64,000 nt of DNA. Source: Mustelus asterias. Taxonomy: Eukaryota. Positions 23,957 through 34,464 of this stretch are shown here, piece by piece. The notes beneath the pieces are model-generated. The model was not told the origin of the DNA and ran no database searches. It saw only the letters and a list, made by a program, of their open reading frames with translations. Where the stretch lies: positions 930,001-994,000 of the forward strand of contig NW_027590140.1 in the NCBI RefSeq assembly GCF_964213995.1. The letters run 5' to 3'. Numbering within the stretch: position 1 is the first letter of the stretch; every line of letters begins with the position of its first letter. A program made the translations under genes and the position numbers.

Positions 23957-24929
23957 TAACTTTCAAACGGTAATTGAGGAGGAAAAAGACTTCTGGGACA
24001 GGGCAAGATTCCAGTGCCAAGGGGACGAAAGAAGGGCGAATGCGTACATTGGCAGCACCTTCAAATTACTGTCATTATTGACAGAATTGTATACTTTTTG
24101 CGAAATATGACTCTATTTTTATTAAACATCTGCTGAAAAATATATTGGTGAAATATCAAACCAGAGAAATAAATCATGAAAATTCACTCTTCTCCTCGCT
24201 GAAATAATTGCTGGCTAGATTTGATGGCCCAAAGGAAAATGAGGCTTTTTAATGTCCCTGCGCTTATCAAGGTTCAGCACAGGGCAGAGATATTGGTCTG
24301 CACCTGTTAATCCGAACAGACAATATGTATCTGTGGGTCAAAGACTAACCACTGGCCGTAGTTCAACACTGCAAGGTAACTCCTGTCTGCCATTGGGCTA
24401 TTTGTCTGTTTCAGTCCATCAATTCAATCGTTTTACTTAGAATATAAATATTTGCAAGTTGATTTCATATTATTTCTACATCTGAGATGTTTTCTGTCTG
24501 TTCCTGGTGGTTTCTAACCGTCACTGGAACTTGTCCTACTTTCCCTAAGTTGTCGGTTGGGTTCAGCTAGTTCAATTTCCGCAGTGGTTTCATTGTTACT
24601 CACTGGGAACTGCCTTCAGGGTATGTGCGAATTTCACTCCCTTTCGTCCATTGGCTGGCTGTTCTCTGTCCTTTCCGAACAGAATTGCCTCTAACTTTTA
24701 GATTCAACATTTTCCACTTACCACGAATAAGGCATTCGGCCCAGCTGGTCGAAGCTTGTTCTTGTGCGTCACTTCTCCTCTCGAACAGGAAATAACAATT
24801 AACAGCCTGACCCCTACGTCTATTTATTCCTTTCTCCCGCCCATATTTTTCAAGCTGTGCCATAAATTCATCGCGCCGTTTCTCCACATAAACTCGAATG
24901 TGTCTCTGGGTAAATATACCCGAATGTTT

Positions 24930-25285
24930 CTATCTGGTCTGGTAGTAATTTCATGAGTAAATATATTTTTGTTCTGGACACACAGGTTCGAATCCTGTCT
25001 CGGCAGCTGGTAGAATTTGACTTCAATAAATAAACAAACTTGGAATTAAGAATCTACCGTTGACCATGAAACCATCATCGATTGTTGGAAAATCCCATTT
25101 GCTTTCCTTCCTTCAAGGAAGGAAATCTTCCGTCCTTACTTGGTCTGGCCTACACATAACTCCAGAGACACGGCAATGTGTTTGACTCTCAACTATCCTC
25201 CGAAATGGCCTAGCCAGCCATTGATTTCAAGGGTGACTAATACATGCTGGCCAGCCAGCGAAACCATGTCACACGAATGAATTAA
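24930..25285 (+). mobile_element. tRNA-derived SINE (same family as 9435)
   Basis: ggttcgaatcc and ggaaggaaatct...tccttacttggtctggcctacac. Confidence 0.55.
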
Positions 25286-26149
25286 ACAAACCTCTCCGAC
25301 CGAAGTATCAGTTTTTGCACATGTTTTTGCACACCTCCTTGAAACAATACATAACGTTAAATGTTTCTATGCTATTTTTTTCATGTCTTCCTCGCCTTCG
25401 AGAGACAAATGGCAATGCTTTACCAAACTTTCGATGTCCATACACATTACTGGTTACTTATTTTCTCAGGAATGTAAGAAATTCAAGCTGATAATAAGAT
25501 ACATAAGAAATAGACTCGTGGTAGACCAATCCAACTAGGGGGCCTGCTGTACAATTCAAGAAGTTTAGTTCTGATCATCTACCTTAATGCTAATCTATTC
25601 CCAAATCCATTGATTCCATTAGTACTCAAAAATAAAATCCATGGAACGGTTCAGCACCCTCAGCCTCGACACAACCCAATCCTTGAACGATTGATTATAC
25701 TTCAATGAGCACAATGCCATGTTTTTGAAATCGAGAAAAAATAATGCAAACAGATTGGTCCACCGTTGTCTTTCAATATGTGCAAGAGAATGCAATTCAC
25801 ACTTTTTACAATTCTGTCAAAGCAGAAATGACTGTTTATAGGAAGGAAATAAAAATCAGGTAGAATAAAATTATTTTAGTCACTGATTATACAAGAATGA
25901 AATGCCATGTTCAACTATAAAATGATCTCTTGAAGCTATGTGCGTCACGTTCCCGTTTCCCCTGACGCGGCAGGTATTGGACCGGCCGCTGTAATATTGG
26001 GTTACCTCTCCCGGTATCTCATCCACATTTCCTGGAGCACAGAGAAATCCTGCGCCCAGTGACTCTGCTCTCTTCCAGTGGAGAGCAGGGAGCAGAGTTC
26101 GGAGTTTTTTATTCATTCATGAGAAATGGGCGGCGTCGCTGCCTGGCTG

Positions 26150-26445
26150 CCCATCCCTAGTTACCCAGGGCAGTGGAGAGTCAACGACATTGCTGTGGCT
26201 CTGCAATCACATGTAGGCCAGGCCAAGTAATCACGACAGATTTCCTTCCCTGAAACACATTTGTGAAGCAGATGGGTTTTTTGAACAATCGAAAATGGTT
26301 TCATGGTCATCAGTAGATTCTTGATTCCAGACACTTTTTATTGAATTGAAATTCCACCATCTGCCCTGGTGGGGCTCACCAGGACTTTAGCTGTGTTTTT
26401 GAATTAATAGTCCAGCGATAATTCCACTTGGCCACCGCCTCCCCT
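26150..26445 (-). mobile_element. tRNA-derived SINE (same family as 9435)
   Basis: Reverse complement of the same core. Confidence 0.5.
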
Positions 26446-26793
26446 AATGTGCGCTCATGGAAACCAGTATGGAGAGTGAGAGTGCAGGTTGTTGTGAGGA
26501 TCACGCGATACCTCCCTTAAATCAATAATGGTCCAGGTGGGGTCAGCTGAATCTCGTTCCCCGTAGGATACTCGTCATTTGGGGTCTCACACTGCTTCAA
26601 TCCGTTCTCACAGCCAAACCCGAGTTCAGTTTCTTACCCTGCTCCCAAGTCTAAATCTGCAATTGAGAATCTTCCTCTGGAAACCACCCTGCTTTAGAAG
26701 CAGCGAATTGAAGTGATACTAAAAACGAATATAAACTGACGGTGAATACTAACCAGGACAGTCTGTAACACGGAGGGATTTGGAGTCACTTAC

Positions 26794-26846
26794 CGGCTGT
26801 GACAGTCAGCACCGTCCCAGACCCATCTGCAAATCTCCATTCTCCC
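26794..26846 (-). CDS. NAR-TCR-like J segment
   Basis: GEWRFADGSGTVLTVTA+G|gtaagt. Confidence 0.9.
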
Positions 26847-26885
26847 CACAGTGACACCGCTCTCAGTCAGCCCAATACAAGAATG
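26847..26885 (-). other. 23-spacer RSS of the J segment
   Basis: Reading away from J: cacagtg + 23 nt + acaagaatg. Confidence 0.8.
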
Positions 26886-27213
26886 ACTGACACCTCAAAC
26901 TAACAGCCAGCATTACCGGACACTCAGCGTTTCTCAATTATTCACGGGACTGGGGTCAATAATGAACATAGATTGCATCAAAAAAATAATTGAATTACAC
27001 TGTCCTTTGTGATTCTCTGAGCTCCTGGGAAAATGGAACAGGAGCAGAGATGCAAGGTTATTATTAACGGAGAAAAACCTTAAAGAATGAAAACTGATCG
27101 GAGGAAATTACACTGAAATTAAACCAGGTTGAATTGGGAATAACATCATCCTGACAGCTTAAGTTGCCTAAGCTGAGAATTGCTGGGAGTTACTGGGGTT
27201 TTTTTTGTCCTTG

Positions 27214-27241
27214 GGTATTTGTCCTTCTCCATTCCATTGTG
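27214..27241 (-). other. 12-spacer RSS at the end of the NAR-type V
   Basis: cacaatg + gaatggagaagg (12 nt) + acaaatacc. Confidence 0.8.
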
Positions 27242-27716
27242 GTGTCCTCTGTGTGTAGTACCAGTACTGAGCTTTACAGTAATAGGTGGCAGTGTCTTCA
27301 ACTCTCATGTCCTGAATTTCCATTGAAAATGTCTTTTCTCCTTTATTCACAGACACAACAAATCTCCCTCCGCTGGAGATCTGCTCCCGCTCTGTCCCGG
27401 TCTGGGTTTGTCTGAAAAAATGACCAGTTTCTAAATCATAAACTCCATGTAAAACACAGGTGATGGTGAGAGACTGACACTCCTCCCTGGTCACGGCTGT
27501 CGGACTCTGTGTCACTGACTGACTGAACGATCCTGGAAATTAAACACAGAGAGTTTAATAGACCATCGGAGCTGAACCACACAACTATAGTGTGACAGTG
27601 TCTGTAAGGGGGGTGGACTGGGGCAGCTTTATATTCAATCCACACAATGTAGTTTGATGTGGTCGGTACTCACGCGATAAATAGACACACACAGTGAAAA
27701 CAAGGAGGACTCTCAT
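27242..27716 (-). CDS. NAR-TCR-like (IgNAR-type) V gene, intact: leader 27716-27674, V exon 27532-27242
   Basis: MRVLLVFTVCVYLS+C|gtgagt, then tttccag|GA. Reads SQSVTQSPTAVTREECQSLTITCVLHGVYDLETGHFFRQTQTGTEREQISSGGRFVVSVNKGEKTFSMEIQDMRVEDTATYYCKAQYWYYTQRT. Shows the IgNAR-like deleted CDR2 region and an extra FR1 Cys. TATA (tatataaa) lies about 25 bp upstream. Confidence 0.9.
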
Positions 27717-29582
27717 TGCTCTGCTGCCTGGAGCTGATGGTTTATATAGCGGGGAGCTGGAGACTGCAGTGCTGGACTGCTCTGGGAGACCGGATCGCAG
27801 AGATGAATTGAAATACTTCAGATCCGAACATCGGCAAATTAGGCCACGCCCACAGTTTAAAATAAAAGTCAAGGATTGTAATGGGGAATCCAGTTCTGAA
27901 CTTTCAGTCGAAATTCCAGGCAGCGAGAGCCCAAAAGCTCATCAGGTGACCAACAGTTGTGCTTGAAATGCTCTACTTGGTCTCGAGTACATTATTTATG
28001 TTTTTTAATTCAGGCGATGCGAGCAGAAATTACCAATCTCTAATTTATCTTCATTAGGTGGAGGTGAACTGCCTTCTTGAACGGTTGCAGTCTCTGTCGT
28101 GTATGTACACCCACAGCGCGATAGGGAGGGAATTCTAGAATATTTACAGAGACCGAGGGACAGTGAAGGAACGGAGGAAATGCCCGAGTCTGCATAATGG
28201 CTGTGTTAGCGTTTCTTTCTAGATTGCAGCTGTTTTGTGTTTGAAATGTAGCGCCTAAGGAGGCTTAGTGAGTTCCCGTAGATTAGAATATCATGAAAAT
28301 GGTATACACGGCTGCCACTGTGCATCGGTGGTGGAGGGAGTGAATACTTGTAGAAGAGCTACCAGTCAAACAGGGCTGCTATGGCCTGGATGAGACTTCC
28401 TGCAAATTGGAATCTCATTGTGCGATGTCGGAAACACCTCCTTTGTCTCAGAAAGAAGGGGAACTTCACTGGAGGCGCATCCTGCTAATTTTACTTTTAT
28501 TCAGAGCAGCAAACTCAGTCTACACTCCTTATGAAAGAGAGGCAAATAACGGCTGGTCGGATCAACTAGACAGGCCCACTACACAGATATTTACTTGAAG
28601 GCAGCAGGATCTTTAGGGAGATTCTAACAGTTCGATTGTAGCTCGCCTTCTGGAACAGCTCAAAGTCGGAGAGGAATTCAATTCTGAGAGAACAGAAGTA
28701 TCCACGAATTTCGTGGTTTCCGTTTTGATTCTTCTTCTGAAGTTCGGTGAGTCGTTTAGCTCGCATTAGAATGAAGTTTTGTGTCTAACAATTGAATGAC
28801 GGTTGGATATAGAAACTGAAAGGAGCTAGGCGGCCATTATAGTGAATAAAAGAGCATGGATAGATGGATTGATGGACGGAGAGACAGTAGTATCGATGGA
28901 TGACGGAGGGATGCGCGTTTTGATTGTCCATTCACTTTGATTGCAGTGAAGTTTACAGCAACGTCCAGTAGTTAAACAATGAGTTATTGAAGGGAAAGAA
29001 GAATTGCATTGTGCTTCCAAAACGTTGAGGGTGTTCGTTCAAATTGCACTTTAAGAGAAAGATATAGACTTTTGCCCTCTATTGATAGGAAGTGTATAAA
29101 TACAAAAAGTTAAATGTTAAATTATCTTCATCGATAATCAGGCTTTGCTTGAAGTGTGTCAACCAAGAGAAGGAGAGGGTTAATGTTTCGAATCCATATG
29201 TCCTATCTATAGAATCTGAATAAAAGTCATATGGACCCATCGGTAATGTTAGGTCTATTTCTGTCTTCCCAGATGCTGCCAGACCTGCGGGGTTTAGCCA
29301 GCAAGTTTTGTTTGATATGTTGCTTGAAGCGCAAGCAGATTTCATGGTAACTATCAAAGAGGAAACTGGATGAATATTTGATGGAAATACATTTCCAGGG
29401 CGAGCGGAAAGAGCAGTGGGTACGGACAAATGGGAACTTTATCATCTGTCAGCACAGGCAAAATAGTCCGAATGTTCTCGTTCTTTGCTGTATAATTCAA
29501 TGCTTCTTTGTTGAGGAGAATGAATGCTTACTGAGATCCCCCACATTTAAACATATGTTTACTTTCTGGTTACCATTTGACG

Positions 29583-29929
29583 GACTATGTTATTCTGATA
29601 CTGTTAAGCAAACTGCACCGTCAGTATCATGCTTGGAGCAAGAACGCATGGTGTTGCCCTGCTCATGCTCCTTCGACAGCCGCCAATCTGACCTGCTCTG
29701 GTACCGACAAAAACCGAGGGAGAAGCCGGTATTTTTAATCAAAAGGAAATCGGAGGGAGAAGCAGAGAAAGCTGAGCGTGTGGGAGACCGATTTTCTTCA
29801 ACACTCCGAGTATCTGATCGTTTCTTCAGTTTAACCCTGACAGATATGCAGCTGAGTGACGGTGGTGTGTATTATTTTGCGCTGAACATTCACAGTGATA
29901 CAAACTGATACACGCGCCGAACATAAGCT
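29583..29929 (+). pseudogene. TCR V pseudogene with 23-RSS (29891-29929)
   Basis: DTVKQTAPSV...LPCSC...LLWYRQKP...DRFSSTL...LSDGGVYYFALN. The second canonical Cys is lost and there is no AG acceptor. RSS is cacagtg-23-acataagct. Confidence 0.85.
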
Positions 29930-30267
29930 ACCACTGGGTGACAGGGGTTCAGTTGGTAAACTCTGAACCTTCATCTCTGGCAGCAGCAGAATCAGATGTC
30001 GACCGTATTCTGCTGGGCGATTCTGATCGGAAATAAAGAGTTAATAGATGTAAAAAGGCAATTCTGAATGATTGAGTTCCTGACAAAATAGAGTGAGAGA
30101 AAGGCAAGGGAACATAAAAAGGAAGAGAGAACGGCAGCGAAAATAAAGGAGCAGAAGGCCGTGAGACACAAGGAGCTAGCGCGTTGGACGCAACAATTGA
30201 AGCAGAGAGCTCAAGAAAGACTGTCTGAGAGTTAGAATCAGGAAAAAAGAAAAGAAGAAAGTAAAAG

Positions 30268-31757
30268 TCTTTGGCATTGATCTTTGCGTCCTCCCTGTCC
30301 ACGGGGGTGGTGCCAGAGGACTGGAGAGTGGCGAATGTGGTTCCTCTGTTTAAGAAAGGGAATAGAAATGATCCTGGTAATTATAGGCCGGTTAGTCTTA
30401 TTTCGGTGGTCGGTAAGTTGATGGAAAATGTCCTTAGGGATAGGATTTACGACCATTTAGAAAGATGCAGCTTAATCCGGGATAGTCAGCACGGATTTGT
30501 GAAGGGCAAGTCTTGCCTCACAAATTTGATAGAATTTTTTGAGGAGGTAACTAAGTGTGTTGATGAAGGTAGTGCAGTTGATGTCATATACATGGATTTT
30601 AGTAAGGCGTTTGATAAAGTCCCCCACGGTCGGCTTATGAAGAAAGTAAGGATGTGTGGGATAGAGGGAAGTTTGGCCGATTGGATAGGTAACTGGCTAT
30701 CTAACAGAAGACAGAGGGTGGTGGTGGATGGAAAATATTTGGACTGGAAACCGGTTACCAGCGGAGTGCCACAGGGATCAGTGCTTGGTCCTCTGCTATT
30801 TGTAATTTTTATAAATGACTTGGAGGAGGGGGCTGAAGGGTGGATCAGTAAATTTGCTGATGACACCAAGATTGGTGGAGTAGTGGATGAGGTGGAGGGC
30901 TGTTGTAGGCTTCTAAGAGATATAGATAGGATGCAGAGCTGGGCTGAAAAATGGCAAATGGAGTTTAACCCTGACAAATGCGAGGTGATTCATTTTGGTA
31001 GGACAAATTTAAATGTGGATTACAGGGTCAAAGGTAGGGTTCTGAAGAATGTGGAGGAACAGAGAGATCTTGGGGTTCATATCCACAGATCTCTGAAGGT
31101 TGCTACTCAAGTGGATAGAGCCGTGAAGAAGGCCTATAGTGTGTTGGCGTTCATCAACAGGGGATTTGAGTTTAAGAGCCGTGGGGTTATGCTGCAACTG
31201 TACAGGACCTTGGTGAGACCACATTTGGAATATTGTGTGCAGTTCTGGTCACCTCACTACAAGAAGGATGTGGAGAAACTGGAAAGAGTGCAAAGGAGAT
31301 TTACCAGGATGCTGCCTGGTTTGGAGGGTAGGTCTTATGAGGAAAGGTTGAGGGAACTTGGGCTTTTCTCTTTGGAGCGGAGGAGGTTGAGAGGAGACTT
31401 GATAGAGGTTTACAAGATAATGAGGGGGATAGATAGAGTGAACGTTCAAAGACTATTTCCTCGGGTGAATGGAGTGGTAACTAGGGGGCATAACCATAGG
31501 GTTCATGGTGGGAGATATAGGAAGGATGTCCGAGGTAGGTTCTTTACGCAGAGAGTGGTTGGGGTGTGGAATGGACTGCCTGCAGGGATAGTGGAGTCAG
31601 ATACTTTAGGAACATTTAAGAAGCTATTGGATAGGCACATGGAGTACGTCGGGATGATAGGGAGGAAATAGCTTGATCTGGGTTTCAGACAAAGTTCGGC
31701 ACAACATCGTGGGCCGAAGGGCCTTTTCTGTGCTGTACTGTTCTATGTTCTATGTTC
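30268..31757 (+). mobile_element. Young 5'-truncated CR1 LINE with an uninterrupted 466-aa RT/C-terminal ORF
   Basis: ORF 30271-31671 has all CR1 RT motifs and a (ttctatg)n tail. Confidence 0.95.
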
Positions 31758-32669
31758 TAAAAGAAGAATATAGTGAAGGAAGGGAGAGGGAGAAATGGAG
31801 AGATAATAAAAGAGAGCGCGACAGGACCTGAGAAGAAGACACCGAGACAAACATGCATTTTAATATCATCTTACTGGATTTCTGATTTCCAATGATGTGT
31901 GATTGTATGTTGTCCCATTGTGTGATTTCGGTGTGGCTCACAGGCGTTTTGCTGATGGGCCGACTTTGAGCTGTCAGCTGCTGCATTGCAGAAACCGTTT
32001 GTTCAACTGTTCAGGGGGGAAATTGGAAACTGAACAGAGAAAAGACTTTGCAGGCGCACATCTCTCAGATCCTGCGGTTTGAATGTGAGCAACATACTTA
32101 TTTTGGGAGAACTGGAAATTTTAGACATTTTGTGTCACGGCTCCATTACAGATAGAGGGCTGTTGTTACTGGACAACAATTACCTCTCTCTTTTACTCTC
32201 TTTAGATTTCTCCCTGTCCATCAATGTCTCTACAATTTGAAATAGCATTATTCTCCTGCTGCAACAGGAGGAATCCTTTCAGTTCCTCGAAAGTGTTCTG
32301 CCATTTGATAAGAGGATTTCTCATCTGTCAATCATTGTATTCACTGTGCTCCTATTTACCTCCTCAAAGTAAATATAAGTAAGGCTGGAAGGCAAGCTTC
32401 CAGCAATGAGATCCCAACCTCGTCATCATTCGTTCATTCAATCTTAAGCCCAATAAGACTTTGGAATGAATTCCCTAAACAGACACAGGCTGTAGCACAG
32501 CTCTGTACAGTTATATTCACTTCCAGACAATTCACCACCTATTGCTCCCAGAGAATTACTGGGGACACAAGGGTCACCCTGAAACGGGAGGGCGGGGTTT
32601 ACAATGGGTTACCTTAAATATCCAACTCCTCTTTTACAGAGCGGACAGTGACAATACGGCTCAGTGTCT

Positions 32670-34460
32670 TTGACTTGATTTGATTTGATTTATTGTTGTC
32701 GCATGTATTAGTATACAGTGAAAAGTGTTGTTTCTTGCGCACTATACAGACAAAGCATATGGTTCATATAGAAGGAAACGAGATAGTGCAGAATGTAGTG
32801 TTACAGTCATTGCTACGGTGTAGCGAAAGATGAACTTAGTGCAAGGTAGATCCATTAAAAAGTCTGATAGCAGCAAAGTAGAAGATGTTCTTGAGTCGGT
32901 TGGTATGCGACCTTTGTATCTTTTTCTGATGCAAGAAGGTGGAAAAGAGAACGTCCAGGGTGCGTGGGCTCCTTCGTTATGCTGTCTCCTTTGTTGGGGC
33001 AGCGCGATGTGTAGACAGAGACAATGGATGAGAGGGGTGGTTTGCGTGATGAATTGGGCTACAATCATGACCTTTTTTAGTTACTTGCGGTCTAGGGCAG
33101 AGCCATACTAAGTTATGATATAACCAGAAATAATGCGTTTTGTGGTGCATCTGCTAAAGTTGGTGAGAGACGTAGCTGACATGCCAAATTTCCTTCGTCT
33201 TCTGGGAAAGTAGATGCGTTGGTGGGCTTTCGTAACTATAATGTCGGCGTGGGGTGACTAAGACAAGTTGTTGGTGATCTGGACACCTAAAAACGGTAAG
33301 CTTTCGAACATTTCCACATCGTTCTCGTTAATGTAGACGGGGCATGTCCTCCAGACACTTCCAAAAGTCGAATAATAATCTCCTCCGTTTTGTTGACATT
33401 GAGGGAGAGATTATTGTCGTCGCACCAGTTCACCAGATTCTCCATCTCATTCCTGTACTCTGTCTCGTCATTGTTTGAGATCCGACCCACTACAGTGGTG
33501 TCGGCTGCAAACTGGAAAATCAAGTTAGAGGAGAATGTTCCCACACAATCATAGGTGTATAAGGAGTACAGTAGGGAGCTGAGAACACAGCCTTGTGGGG
33601 CACCGGTTTTGAGTATGATCTTGGAGGAGGTGTTGTTGCCTATCGTTCCTGATTGTGGTCTGTGAGTTAGGAAGTTCAGGATCCAGTCGCAGAGGGAGGT
33701 GCCGAGGCCCAGGCCACGCAGCTTGGAACTGAGTTTCGTCGGGCTAATGGTGTCAATAAATAGGAGTTTGACATAGGTATCCTTGTTACATGGTGTTCCA
33801 TGGTTGAGTGCAGGGCCAGGTAGATGGCGTCTGCTGCGGACCTGTTTCGGTGGTAGGCGACCTGTAGTGTATCCAGGCAGTCTGGGAGCCTGGAATTGAT
33901 TCCTGTCGTGAATAACCTTTCGAACCTTTCTTGCTCAAAATGGGCGTACAATGCATCGAGCTCATCAGGGAGAGCTGTGTTGGAGCCGGCGACCTTGCCA
34001 TAGTCGGTGCGTGTCCGTGTGGCTAGCTTGGACTCAAGCTTGGTCCACTACTGTCTTTTGGCATCTTTGATGGATCTCCTTATATCGTATCTGGCTTTTC
34101 CTATAGATCAGGTTCGCCTGACTTGAACGCCTCAGACCTGGATTTCAGCACGCAGTGCATATCCCTGTTCATCCATGGTTTCCATCTGGGGAACACATGG
34201 GTTTGCTTCTTTGGCACTCAGTCTTCTACACACTTACTAATGAAGTCAGTTACAGTAGTGGTGCACTTGTTCAGACTAGTCGCAGAGTTTTCAAACACTG
34301 ACTAGTCCATTGAATCTAAGAGATCATCCTATTCCTCTGAACAACATTGCACAACTTTCTTTGACGGATACTCCCGCTTCAGTTTTTGCTTGTAAGCCGG
34401 GAGCAGGAGCAGAACATTGTGATCTGATTTGCCAAGGTGTCAGCGCGCGATCGAGCGGAA
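32670..34460 (-). mobile_element. Rex1/Babar-like LINE, degraded and interrupted by CR1 (probable continuation about 36995-37150)
   Basis: [22 protein letters not shown] and [15 protein letters not shown] fragments, with a (caaat)n tail at 32670. Confidence 0.8.
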
Positions 34461-34464
34461 GACA

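Noticed and set aside
26023-26034. ETS/RUNX-like composite motif (caggaaatgtgg) in the J-to-supporting-V intron
   Set aside because: The motif is short and expected by chance, and it was not seen in the paralogous intron.
28704-28746. Leader-like exon (ACG)NFVVSVLILLLKF+G|gtgagt
   Set aside because: It has no ATG and cannot be assigned confidently to the V at 29583 or any other exon.
29378-29908. 176-aa ORF as an intronless Ig gene
   Set aside because: It is read-through of leader and intron into a V pseudogene lacking the second Cys.
30271-31671. 466-aa RT ORF as a domesticated host gene
   Set aside because: It is a 5'-truncated young CR1 copy with an intact tail and a near-identical sister at 34465.
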